A DNA stretch of 64,000 nucleotides from Octopus vulgaris (lineage: Eukaryota). The translations under genes and the position numbers were made by a program. Where the stretch lies: NCBI GenBank assembly GCA_951406725.2, contig OX597833.1, forward strand, positions 57,102,001-57,166,000. The letters are read 5' to 3'. The notes under the pieces are model-generated. The model saw nothing but the letters and a program-made list of their open reading frames with translations, did no database searches and was not told the DNA's origin. Below, piece by piece: positions 40,273 through 51,939 of this stretch; the first letter of the stretch is position 1; every line of letters begins with the position of its first letter.

Positions 40273-41905
40273 TTCAATTTCTAAAGCAGAAATATCGTTA
40301 GAGCAAATATTCTGCTCAGTACCACAGATTTGATGTCAGTTGCTTGACATTAACCACTAGAGCATGTAACTTAATGGCTGACAATCTGTGCATCTCTGAT
40401 CATGAGCAGAAGTAGTGGGGGAGCATCATAGCCATGTGTTCAGAGGGATTCTTCGGGGTTTGAATAAATGTAACAAAAGCAAAGCTTGAAGGAAATATTA
40501 GCCATTCTTCATACTTTCTAGGGGTAAGCAAACAGGAAATAAGAGTTGCTACCCAAGGACAAAAATCTTGTTACACAGTGTAATTACCAAGCTGTCTTTA
40601 AATTATTCAGGAGATGAAAATGGAACAAATAACATAACTTCACAAATAATATTACAACCCCCATCCCCTTGTGGTCACAGGTGCTTGCAGGGAATTGAAA
40701 AGGCCTATCCTGACTCGTACATTTCCTTTTCCCCCACCACCCATATTTTGTATCCAATACTAAACACTATGTCCAGTCCTTCTCCAGAAATGTCAGGTCT
40801 TTGAATCTTCCGCCCCTCCCACATGTGTTTTTCTTCGGTGGCATGTAAAAAGCACCATCCGACCGTGGCCGTTTGCCAGCCACAACTGGCACCTGTGCCG
40901 GAGGCACGTAAAAAGCACCCACTACACTCACGGAGTGGTTGGTGTTAGGAAGGGCATCCAGCTGTAGAAACTCTGCCAGATCAGACTGGGCCTGGTGCAG
41001 CCTTCTGGCTTCCCAGACCCCAGTTGAACCGTCCAACCCATGCTAGCATGGAAAGCGGATGCTAAATGATGATGATGATGTTTAACTTGTAACAGTTTAA
41101 ATAAAATCGTTATCATCATCATCATCGTTTAACGCCTGCTTTCCATGCTAGCATGGGTTGGACGATTTTGACTAAGGGCTGGCGAACCAGATGGTTGCAC
41201 CAGACTCCAGTCTTGATTTGGCAGAGTTTCTACAGCTGGATGCCCTTCCTAACGCCAACCACTCCGAGAGTGTAGCGGGTACTTTTTACGTGCCACCGGC
41301 ACGGGGGCCAGTCAGGTGGTACTGTCAACGACCTCGCTCGAATCCTGTTACATATGCCACCAGCACAGGTGCCAGTAAGGCGACTTTGGTGACTGCAGTT
41401 TCTGGGTATTGACTCGTCATCAGTGCACAACAATCACCGATCAATCCTATCTGTCAGAAAGAGCCTGCAAAGCTCATAGAAACTGTCTCTTCTTTCAGAC
41501 TCAGCAAGTTAAAAAAAAAAATCTAAAAAAAAAAAACTGTTTTGTTCAGGTCATTTATCTCCCAGCATTTAGGAATGCAAATCACAACCCACCGTCGCAG
41601 ACCCACCAACCATCATGCAGGAAAATGCTCTTGAAACCAAGACCATGCGTAAGTGAGGTATATTTATATATCACAGACTGTTTAGAAAAGAATAAAGCAA
41701 TTATAACATGCCATGCTTAATTTCTGTCATCTGTAAAAATAAAAGTATATATTAAAAAAAACAAAAAACCCACTTCATTATTGAAGTGTGCTGTAGAGGG
41801 GTTCATCAGTGAAACAAGGGCCATTAAATCCTAATGGGGTTGGTTTTTGGTGTTTCTCAGCTTTTATAGTATTGACAATGATAACATTCTAAAGAGCATG
41901 CCTAC

Positions 41906-41971
41906 CTCCAGGTTTTTCAGCTGGACTTCTACAAGCGTCAGAATAAGAGGGAGGGACATCGTGATTAGGGT
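41906..41971 (-). CDS. Internal coding exon (66 nt, phase 1-1) of the same gene: (N/D)PNHDVPPSYSDACRSPAEKPG
   Basis: Acceptor tcttttttccag, donor GAG|GTAGGC, open frame with a PPxY motif, phase compatible with both neighbours. Confidence 0.85.
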
Positions 41972-43031
41972 CTGGAAAAAAGATACACAACAGCATGCCA
42001 GAAGTGGAAACGGAGAAAGAGTGAACAAGTATTGCTAAACAAATTGCAGAGAACCATCTATGAGGTTTTGGTTAGAAAGCAGCATTAAAGTTTTCTGGTA
42101 TTTGGATGCAAAGATGGAATGGTCTCCTTCGAATCACATTCTACAGTCTTAAAACAAAAGGATTACTACAGCGGGGAAAGCATTCAGATTAAAGATCTGC
42201 TTGGTCAGGGTTAAGCTAGGGTCAAACAACAACAACTCATATTACAATGAGCCAACAAGGAAGCATTGATGTGGTTGCTCAATCTGCTAAAAATAGCAGC
42301 TAAGTCTGTCTTAAATTACATTAATGTAATTCAAAGTACACTATGTCTGAATAAAATAAAATAAAATAAAAGATTGGAAGGCTGAGTTAACTCAGGGGTT
42401 TGACAATTTTAACAAGAACAATATAAATTCAGACCAATGAAGAGGGAGCCTTCATATGGTAGCCAGATCTGCTAGAAATAGCAGTCAAATTCCCCTCAAG
42501 GGTACAAAATGGACGACACAGTCCTAGGTATAATGTATCTGAATCAAAAACAAGATGGTTATAGCCAGAACAGCCTTGATCACACATCTGTTTGTTCAGT
42601 ACTGCAACTTAGCAACAGGAACTTGAATTGTCTCAAACTGTTCATCAGATTTCATATCTTGTGATGGTTTTTGGATTAAAATCAATCCGAAGCAAAAATC
42701 CAATTCTTTCTTTGGAAAGCACTGTCAGTTGGAAATGGATGAAGTTTCATTAAAATCTGATGTACCATTTCAGTCAGTATAATCCTTTATATTAACAAGT
42801 TTAAACCACACAAAGGTTAATTGACTTTTTCTTTCCAACCTTAAGGCTAAGACTACGTGCCTTCATTGGTCAGTTAAAGTTGAGACAGTGTCATGTGACA
42901 ACTTGCTGGGGCTGCCTGCTGGAGCCTAGCAGCAGGTATTTAAAGGGAAAAAAATTTGACAAGTCAGTCAGTCAGTCGCCTGCTGACACTACATTGAAGA
43001 GGCCAGGGAACAGAAGAAAGAAGACATGCAC

Positions 43032-43151
43032 CCAACACCAGAGCTGAAGACACCTCCGAAAGGGGAGGGCCCCGCCACGTCAAAACAGTAGAGGAGTAGG
43101 GGCCGAAACCGGACGTGGTTCTTCCTGATGATGTCTTGAGCTAACTGGATC
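43032..43151 (-). other. Candidate alternative cassette exon (120 nt, phase 1-1) containing an in-frame TAG
   Basis: Non-repetitive GC-rich island in the intron. Acceptor ctcttttatag, weak donor TTGG|GTGCAT. Reads RSS*LKTSSGRTTSGFGPYSSTVLTWRGPPLSEVSSALVL in the gene's frame. Confidence 0.4.
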
Positions 43152-43370
43152 CTATAAAAGAGCTGTTGTGGTAGCAGACCACAAAACATGGTTGTAATTC
43201 CTAAGAACCAGGCTTGTGTAATTAACTATCCTCATTCCTCTCACTCTACAAAAGACTTGCAGCGTTGTGTGTTAGAAATCCTTTAGTGTCCTCCTTCCAT
43301 GCTGGCATGGGTTGGCTGGTTTAACAGGAGCTGGTCAGGCTAGAGACTGTGCCAGGCTTCTGAGTGTAAT

Positions 43371-43562
43371 TATTACCTCCGCCTTCCTTAGCAAAGGCGG
43401 AGGTATTGTTTTCAGTCATGTTTGTCCAAGGACAAGATATCTCAAGAACCGCTGGATGGATTTGGATGAATCCACCCGGGGATGTTTGGCCTTGTGACTG
43501 GTACGGACTGATTAGATTTTGGGATCGATCCAGTGCTGGACAAGAATTCTAGGATATTTTCG
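43371..43562 (+). mobile_element. Helentron-associated (DINE/HINE-like) non-autonomous element fragment
   Basis: ttattacctccgcc...ggcggaggta hairpin start followed by the ...ggatggatttggatgaa...gattagattttgg core. The opposite-end type motif occurs at ~5493-5530. Confidence 0.5.
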
Positions 43563-44080
43563 GTTTTAACACAGAAACAATCCTGCTGACAAGCTTCTGC
43601 AATTTTCTTCTTCTACTGAATTTTCACTGCCAAGACTTTGGTAAAAGACACTCACCTGAGATGGTGTGTGTGTGTGTGTGTGTGTATGTGCATGCATTAG
43701 AATTACATCTGAAACTATGTAATTGTGAAACAAACTCTTAGCCACACTTCCATGTTTGCACCTCATATCTACTTTGAGACTGAAATTATTATTATTATTT
43801 TTTTTTTTGACAGCCGGTGCAATCCCACTGTGTAAACACTTTGAACAAGAGTTTTCTACTACGGCCTTGGGCTGACCAAAACCTTGTGAGTGGATTTGGT
43901 CAACAGAAACTGAAAGAAGTCCATTGTGTATATATGTGTGCCTGTGTCTGTGTGTCCTCCCATCACCATTTCACAGCTGGTGTTGGTGTGTTTACATCCT
44001 TGTACATTAGCAGTTCGGCAAAAGAGATTGATAACATAAGTACCAAACTTACAAAAATAAATAAAATAAATAAATAGATA

Positions 44081-44452
44081 GGCGCAGGAGTGGCTGTGTG
44101 GTAAGTAGCTTGCTAACCAACCACATGGTTCCGGGTTCATTCCCACTGCGTGGCATCTTGGGCAAGTGTCTTCTGCTATAGCCCCGGGCCGACCAATGCC
44201 TTGTGAGTGGATTTGGGAGACGGAAACTGAAAGAAGCCTGTCGTAAATATGTATGTATATGTTTTTGTCCCCCTAGCATTGCTTGACAACCGATGCTGGT
44301 GTGTTTATGTCCCCGTCACTTAGCGGCTCAGCAAAAGAGACCGATAGAATAAGTACTGGGCTTACAAAGAATAAGTCCCGGGGTCGATTTGCTTGACTAA
44401 AGGCGGTGCTCCAGCATGGCCACAGTCGAATGACTGAAACAAGTAAAAGAGT
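44081..44452 (+). mobile_element. tRNA-derived SINE family A, full-length representative
   Basis: Head ggcgcaggagtggctgtgtggtaag...ccgggttca (A/B boxes), internal TA/TG microsatellite, tail gactgaaacaagtaaaagagta. Confidence 0.9.
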
Positions 44453-45724
44453 ATACCTATAGATAGATAAAAAAATAAGTACTGGGGGTTGATTTGTTCA
44501 ACTAAAATTTCTTCAAGGTGATGCCCCAGCATGGCCACAGTTTAATGACTGAAACAAGTAAAGGATTATAAGAGGATTAACAACAACAACAATTAATATC
44601 ATTTGCTGACATTTTCTATCCCTTGTATTATTCTCTCATCCTTCAGAGCAAGTCATCTCCAGAGTGTGAGGAGGGGAAATTAATTAAAGTGTTATAGTGA
44701 CTGACTGACTGATTAGCTCGTTAAGACTATCGAGTTAAAGAGTTAAGCGGTGGAGCAAACAAATGTAAGGGTAGAATTGCAGAAGGGGAGGAAAAAAACA
44801 ACAAAACAAAAATGTAACAAAAGCAAAAACACAAAAAAAAACCTTGTTCAACAGGAATAAAACGTCAGGCACAAATTGTTTTAGTTCGTTAATGTTAGTA
44901 AAATGAAGCAAAATAACAAAACTGTAACGAGCAACCAGTTTCTTCCAAAAGAAGAATATACCTAAACAAAGAATAATCTTTTCTACTCTTGGCACAAGGC
45001 CTGACATTTTTGGGAGAAAGGGCCAGTTGATTAGATTGACCCCCAGTACGAAACTGATACTTAATTCATCGACCCCGAAAGGATAAAAGGTAAAGTCGAC
45101 CTCGGTGGAATTTGAACTCAGAACGTAAAGACAGACGAAATACTGCTAAGCGTTTCACCCGGTGTTTTAACGTTTCTTATTTCTTTTACTGCCCACAAGG
45201 GGCTACACACAGAGGGGACAAACAAGGACAGACAAACGGATTAAGTCGATTATATTGACTCCAGTGTGTAACTGGTGCTTATTTAATTGACCCCGAAAGG
45301 ATGAAAGACAAAGTCGACCTTGGTGGAATTTGAACTCAGAACGTAGCGGCAGACGAAATACTGCCAAGCATTTCGCCTGTCGTGCTATCATTTCTGCCAG
45401 CTCGTCACCTTAAACAAGGAATAACATAACATACATGCATAGAAGGACAAGACTGTTTACCTGAAATACTGAAATTTTGATCCCCATTTAGGGGGAATTT
45501 CTCCCTCGTTCTTCTCAACTCTGAGTGAGTGTGTTTGTGTGTGTGTGTGAGAGAGAGAGAGTCTGAGGATCCAATGGTTCTGCTTTGAGCTGTGCAAAAG
45601 ATCTTTCCTAGTTTCTCACGAAAGCTGAGATATTTCATTCAACCAATAATTTAAAACTGATGCCATGGTGCAGTTCTTGTTGAAGACTATTCAAGTTTTA
45701 ATTTTATTTTATTCCTTCTCTCCA

Positions 45725-45902
45725 ATTTTGTAGCAGTTGACTATAGTGCTGCTACACCAGTCATTGGGTATGACTCCTTTGTGTATCACCTGGTTAACTA
45801 TACGGGTGACTAGGCTATAGCCAACACTGCCAGATATTTTGAGCATCTCTGCAGTGATTCCTGATGGGCCGGGGGCTTTCCCTGCCTTCATACTCTTGAT
45901 TG

Positions 45903-45906
<4 letters not shown>
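45725..45906 (-). mobile_element. RTE-clade LINE reverse transcriptase fragment
   Basis: Translates KAIKSMKAGKAPGPSGITAEMLK...GVIPNDWCSSTIVNCYK, the N-terminal RT region of non-LTR elements. Confidence 0.8.
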
Positions 45907-45944
<38 letters not shown>

Positions 45945-45963
45945 ACACATACATACACACAGG

Positions 45964-45995
<32 letters not shown>

Positions 45996-46042
45996 TATAC
46001 ACATACATATATACACATATACACACATATATAGATATGGAG

Positions 46043-46425
46043 TGGAAGCACTCCGTCGGTTACGACGACGAGGGTTCCGGTTGATCCGAATCAACGGAAC
46101 AGCCTGCTCGTGAAATTAACGTGTAAGTGGCTGAGCACTCCACAGACACGTGCACCCTTAATGTAGTTCTCGGGGATATTCAGCGTGACACAGAGAGTGA
46201 CAAGGCCGGCCCTTTGAAATACAGGTACAACAGAAACAGGAAGTAAGAGTGAGAGAAAGTTGTGGTGAAAGAGTACAGAAGGGATCACCACCATCCCCTG
46301 CCGGAGCCTCGTGGAGCTTTTAGGTGTTTTCGCTCAATAAACACTCACAACGCCCGGTCTGGGAATTGAAACCGCGATCCTACGACCGCAAGTTCGCTGC
46401 CCTAACCACTGGGCCATTGCGCCTC
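46043..46425 (-). mobile_element. SINE family C copy
   Basis: Full-length reverse copy. Degenerate copy at ~29760-30062 and head only at 19251-19372. Confidence 0.9.
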
Positions 46426-47133
46426 AATATAGATATATACACATATATACACACACATATATAGATATATACATAATATATATATACCTGTATTAACACC
46501 TCATTTTAAGTAAGGGCGTATATGCACATTCACATATGCACATACTCTATTACTTTAATACAAATATATACACATACATGCACGAATACATACATATTTT
46601 GAATATGCACACACATATACACTTATTATAAACACACACACACACACACACATACATATACACTTTATTATAAACACACACAAACATACATACATATGCA
46701 TATATGTCAGGTGTCATACGGGGAAACAGAGCAAAGCTTGAATGAGTGTGTGTGTGTGTGTGTGCGTGCGTGCAAGCATGCTCAAATGTGTACTGTGTGT
46801 GTGTGTGTGTGTGTTTATATTAAATCAGTTCATGACCATCCCTGTAAATTAAGAACAATGTCTTCAGAGATACCGTAATCGATCAAGCGTAAAATTAGCA
46901 GCTGCATGCAAAGGTGCAACAGTGTAGGAGTGTGACAGTGTGCAGTTCTGTGACAGCGTCAGAGAAATTAAACAGATTGCCCGAAGGAATGTAAAACAAG
47001 CTGGTGCTTATAGGAAAGATGCCATTTCTATCGCTTCCAGAAGTTTATTATGCAAGGTGGACATAGCCAATCCCGAATTTCTTTTATTCTTTTCTTTCTT
47101 CCCGCCTCCCTCTCGTGTGTATTACTCTTTACT

Positions 47134-47541
47134 CTCTTTTACTCGTTTCAGTCATTTGACTGCGGCCATGCTGGAGCACCGCCTTTTAATCGAGCAACTC
47201 GACCCCGGGACTTATTCTTTTTGTAAGCCCAGCACTTATTCTATCGGTCTCTTTTGCCGAACCGCTAAGTGACGGGGATGTAAACACACCAGCATTGGTT
47301 GTCAAGCAATGCTAGGGGGACAAACACAGACACACCAATACACACACACACACATATATATATATACATATATATATGACGGGCTTCTTTTCAGTTTCTG
47401 TCTACCAAATCCACTCACAAGGCTTTGGTCGGCCCGAGGTTATAGTAGAAGACACTTGCCCAAGGTGCCACGCAGTGGGACTGAACCCGGAACCATGTGG
47501 TTCGTAAGCAAGCTACTTACCACACAGCCACTCCTGCGCCT
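47134..47541 (-). mobile_element. SINE family A copy
   Basis: Full-length match. Further minus-strand copies at ~53200-53566, 58110-58470, 60170-60518 and 61828-62208. Confidence 0.9.
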
Positions 47542-47565
47542 CAATGTGCATTTCAATTCTTTGAT

Positions 47566-47567
<2 letters not shown>

Positions 47568-47597
<30 letters not shown>

Positions 47598-50025
47598 TGT
47601 GTACAGTGCTCAGGTGCACTACAACTCATCTAAAGTGTATATATAATCAGGTGAAGTTTCGGCGGATTTCGGAAAGCATGAGGGCCTTAAAAGATGCAGT
47701 GTCATGGCAGTCAACAACTGACGCAGGCAGTTTATTCCATGCTTCAGCAACTCTGAGCGTGAAAAAATGTTTCCGAAAGTCATGGGAGCTGTATTGTTTT
47801 CTGACTTTGTAGGCATGTCCACGTGTGTTAGACACATGGAGATCAAAAAGGTGTTCAGTGTTGTTGTTGGTGAGGTGGTTGATAACTTTGTGGGTGTTTA
47901 CCAAGTCCGTCGCCAAACGCCGGAGCTTCAGTGAATCCATGCCCAGGGAAACAAGGCGCTCAGAATATGGTAGGTGTCTGATGGAGGGTATGCGTTTGGT
48001 TGCACGTCTCTGGACAGATTCCAGGAGGTCAATGTTCTGTGCAAGATAGGGGTTCCAAACTGATGATGCGAATTCCAAGTGTGGTCGTACCATAGCTGTA
48101 TACAGTTTTAAATAGATGGCTGGAGAGCGGCTAACAAAAGACCTGCTGAGTGATGCCAAGACACCCTCGGCCTTCCTGACAATCTTAGAGATATGCTTTG
48201 ACCAACGCAAATCACTGCTGACAGTGATGCCTAGGTCACGCTCGCAAGAGGATTTCTTGATATCAGTGTTGTGGAGGGAGTATGTGAACGCAGGGTTTTT
48301 TCTCCCAAAATGCATGGTGGTACACTTGTCCACAGCCAGTTTCAGTTGCCAGTCTGTGATCCATTGCTGCATTGTGTCTAGGTCTGATTGCAGGAAAGAG
48401 TTGTAGACATCAGGATCTGTCCTCTTGATTTCAAGGTACAGCTTGATGTCGTCTGCATATTTCAATACTGTGGCATTCTTTAAATTGGCATCTATGTCGT
48501 TAATGTATGCCACAAACAAGAGGGGGCCAAGGACAGATCCCTGTGGTACACCCGATGACATCTCATATGGTGTAGAGTGCTGTCCTAGAACTGTGACTAC
48601 CTCCTTTCGGCTGAGGATGAAGGATTTCAACCAGTTAAAAAGGTCATCCCCCACACCCATTGCAGAGAGTTTCACCATAAGCCTTTTGTGTGGCACAGAG
48701 TTGAAAGCCTTAGCAAAGTCAAGGTAGACAACATCCACCCATGAGCCACTGTCAGTAATCTGAGTAATGTCCTCAAGGAACTCGACAAGCTGGTCACTGC
48801 AGCTGGAGTTAGGGACAAATCCATATTGTGAGGGTCGGATGAGACTGTGAGAGCTCCAGAAGTTCCAGAGTGTTTCTCTGACACACGATTCCATCAGTTT
48901 TGCAATACAGCTAGTGAGACTGACTGGGCGATAGTTGACAGGTGATGTGCGGTCGCCCTTTTTGAACAGAGGAATGACACTGGCAGTTTTCCACTGCTCC
49001 GGAGTAGCACCATTGTTGAGACAGTACTGGAAGAAAATAGAAAGCTGGTGTAAAAGGAAGTGCCTGCCACGTTTGAGAAGCAGGTATGTAACTCCATCGA
49101 GACCAGGGGAGGCATAGTTGCGCTTATTTTGAAGGTGACGTTGCAGCATTGCAGGTGTAAATTCCATAGTTGTTATGGAGTTTGCTGTTAGTGATGGTGA
49201 AGATGGTACATTTTGACTTTCAACAGTGAATATGTTTGCATAGCACTCGGCAATGAGTTCTGCGCATTCCTTGGGGTCGTCAGTGATCTGGTTTGTGTGA
49301 GGGTTGCGAAGAGGGCCCACTGGAGAGTGAGGTCTCTGCTTTGAGTGTACATATTTCCAGAAAACCTTGCTGTCAGGATTGGCTGCTATGCACTGTTCAA
49401 ATTCAAGCACTGCTTTTTTTGTCACTTGCTTGAGATGGTTGGAGGATTTATTCCGCTTCTTCCTGTTGGTGTCTGATTTATGCAACCTGTATTCCCGTTC
49501 AGCAGTCCGACGTTCCCTCCTGGCAAGTCGGACCGCTGAAGTTTCCCAAATTGCCCTTTTGGGGCGGTTCTTCTTTTTTTGTTTACGTGGCACTGATGCT
49601 GCACATGCTGCCCATATTGAGTCCAGGATACTCTGGAGTATAGTATTCACATCTCCAGAGTTGTAGAATTCACGCCAGTTTGGGTGCTGTAGTTCAGTGT
49701 GGTACAGGTTCCAATCTGCTCTCTTCCAATCGAAGGAAGCAGATTGGAGATGGTTCAGGTTTTTGTTGCCCGCAAGAGCCAGATTGGCGATGATCATAGC
49801 ATGATCAGAGTCACCTAGAGGTTCCTCCGTAGTGCAATTGATAACCGCTTCAGGAGTTGTGGTGAAGAGCAGGTCCAAGGTGTTGTCGCCTCTTGTTGGA
49901 GAGGTGACTACTTGTGACCAGTTTGAGTCCAGCACAAGCTCAACAAAATCGTTTGCACTCTGTGGCCAATGGAAGGTCTCCCAATCGATCTCAGGATGAT
50001 TGAAATCGCCTGCAATAAACACAAC
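47568..50025 (-). mobile_element. 5'-truncated CR1-clade LINE with (TAT)n tail
   Basis: Contains the uninterrupted 791-aa ORF 50022-47647, a short 3'UTR with a GTGC-ACCTGA-GCAC stem-loop, and a (TAT)n tail at 47597-47568. Confidence 0.93.
47647..50022 (-). CDS. LINE ORF2 fragment: C-terminal part of APE endonuclease plus complete reverse transcriptase
   Basis: Motifs GDFNHPEIDW, PTRGDNTLDL, LGDSDH (APE); NYRPVSLTS, YLDFAKAF, GVPQGSVLGPLLF, YADD (RT); CR1-type C-terminus RGHAYK...RKHFFTLRVAEAWNKLP. No true start codon (truncated). Confidence 0.92.
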   Translation of the reverse strand: MFIAGDFNHPEIDWETFHWPQSANDFVELVLDSNWSQVVTSPTRGDNTLDLLFTTTPEAVINCTTEEPLGDSDHAMIIANLALAGNKNLNHLQSASFDWKRADWNLYHTELQHPNWREFYNSGDVNTILQSILDSIWAACAASVPRKQKKKNRPKRAIWETSAVRLARRERRTAEREYRLHKSDTNRKKRNKSSNHLKQVTKKAVLEFEQCIAANPDSKVFWKYVHSKQRPHSPVGPLRNPHTNQITDDPKECAELIAECYANIFTVESQNVPSSPSLTANSITTMEFTPAMLQRHLQNKRNYASPGLDGVTYLLLKRGRHFLLHQLSIFFQYCLNNGATPEQWKTASVIPLFKKGDRTSPVNYRPVSLTSCIAKLMESCVRETLWNFWSSHSLIRPSQYGFVPNSSCSDQLVEFLEDITQITDSGSWVDVVYLDFAKAFNSVPHKRLMVKLSAMGVGDDLFNWLKSFILSRKEVVTVLGQHSTPYEMSSGVPQGSVLGPLLFVAYINDIDANLKNATVLKYADDIKLYLEIKRTDPDVYNSFLQSDLDTMQQWITDWQLKLAVDKCTTMHFGRKNPAFTYSLHNTDIKKSSCERDLGITVSSDLRWSKHISKIVRKAEGVLASLSRSFVSRSPAIYLKLYTAMVRPHLEFASSVWNPYLAQNIDLLESVQRRATKRIPSIRHLPYSERLVSLGMDSLKLRRLATDLVNTHKVINHLTNNNTEHLFDLHVSNTRGHAYKVRKQYSSHDFRKHFFTLRVAEAWNKLPASVVDCHDTASFKALMLSEIRRNFT

Positions 50026-50273
50026 CCCAGACCAATAACATTCCCTTTTTGACTTTTATCCTTCTTTATTATAGTAAGCTGTGTGAACCAATGGGGGATT
50101 TGACTGCTATATCTAGGAAAATGAGCGACCACATAGAGGCTATAATAATGGCTGAATGAACATGCAATATTGCATACCACACCACACCAATCTAGCAGTG
50201 CAGCATGTTATTTAGTAAATCGTGGCATTCATTGTAATATATCATGCCATGCATCATTGCACCACTGCACCGG

Positions 50274-50772
50274 ATTATACTGTGTGCATCATTTAGTGCT
50301 GCACACTATGTTATGGATTGCAGCACTATTATATATATTGCAACAGCATATCATGTTGGCTCATTAATTATAATGTCAGACAGAATGGCAGTTGTAGAGG
50401 CTTGTGGTCAAGATTTGTGTGTGTGTGTGTGTGTGTATGTATGAATATATGTATGTATGTGTGTATATATGTATGTGTGTATATGTATATATAATATAAA
50501 TTGGACATGGGCGATCGTTGTATTCTTTCTTGTCTTGAGGTTCACAGCCAAACGGCTGGGTGGATTCGTGTGAAAAATGGCACACATGTGAAGACGGGTG
50601 CATAGATTGGAATGCGGTTTGTACTTTTTTCCTAGCCCCCATAGTTACGGAGAAAATCGATTCAGGGGACCCGAAATGAAATGGTGGAGAAACACTGTTA
50701 TAGATTATGCCTAACCCAAAATGATCACAGCCACATCATCCAAACAGACCGGGTGAAACCGGGCTTAGCTGG

Positions 50773-50814
<42 letters not shown>

Positions 50815-51085
50815 TACCTCAAGACAAGAAAGAATACAACGATCGCCCATGTCCAATTTATATTATATATATATACATATACACACATACATATATACAC
50901 ACACACATACATATATTCATACACACACACACACACACAAATCTTGACCACAAGCCTCTACAACTACCATTCTGTTTGACATTATAATTAATGAGCCAAC
51001 ATGATAAACTGTTTCAATATATATATATAATAGTGCTGCAATCCATAACATAGTGTGCAGCACTAAATGATGCACACAGTATAAT
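50274..51085. repeat. Long inverted repeat, ~270-bp arms (50274-50540 and 50817-51085)
   Basis: attatactgtgtgcatcatttagtgctgcacac...ttcttgtcttgagg is mirrored by cctcaagacaagaa...gtgtgcagcactaaatgatgcacacagtataat with few mismatches. Confidence 0.92.
50488..50772 (+). mobile_element. Non-autonomous Helitron-like element
   Basis: tatataataaa start, internal aaacggctgggtggatt...aaatggcacac motif, hairpin ccgggtgaaaccggg, and CTGG|T end. Confidence 0.55.
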
Positions 51086-51193
51086 ATATATATTTTGTTG
51101 AATTTTCTGCCACTTTAAATAAAGCATATTACTCTACCACTGGTATTTGAGTACTCTTTTTTCCACCTTGTTTCACATTTATGTGTTTACTCC

Positions 51194-51231
<38 letters not shown>

Positions 51232-51939
51232 GTAAACTAGCTCCTGATAACATAGGCTTTAAAACTTGAGATATCCAAGTGAGGGTTCAAAGTTATGACA
51301 TGACTGTGTGCTGATATGATTCAGGTGGGTCTTGTTATAATAAATAATGTCAAAAATAGGCAGAATGGTAACTGTAGAGACTGGTGACAGAGACAATGAT
51401 GTATGTATGTTATAATGTGATGTGTCTAGTTCAAGATAAAATAGGTTTTAAATACCGGATTGAGAACTAAATTGTGACAGAGTGTGCATTGATGTGACTT
51501 TGGTTCAGTGATGATGTTTTGATGTTTTCATAAATAGAGTAAGAAAAAGAGTGAATAATTATTTGGTTCCTTATGATGCCAGAGTGGTGTATGTAGAGGA
51601 CGATGGTGACAGAGAAAGGGATACCCAATGAAAACTCGGCAACTGTGACATAGAACATGTGCTGATGTGATTCAGGAGTGAGTGATGTTTATGAAAAAGA
51701 ATGTGTAGAAGATAGAGATAATTTCTAAAGAGTTTCTCTATCAAAACTAGGAAAAACTTAATCCAGGAATCATAAAGAATTAGAAAAAAAATATATATAT
51801 ACACAGCAACTCCATGAAGGAGGGAAACAAAAAAAAAAATAGAAGTAAAAAAGAGAGAGTGGGAGAAATTGTGGGAATTTTTGGTTGTCCCAACCATGCA
51901 GGTGATGACTTGTAATAATATTATTATATCTGTACTCAC

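Noticed and set aside
47825-49666. Plus-strand ORFs overlapping the LINE
   Set aside because: Antisense shadows of the RT ORF.
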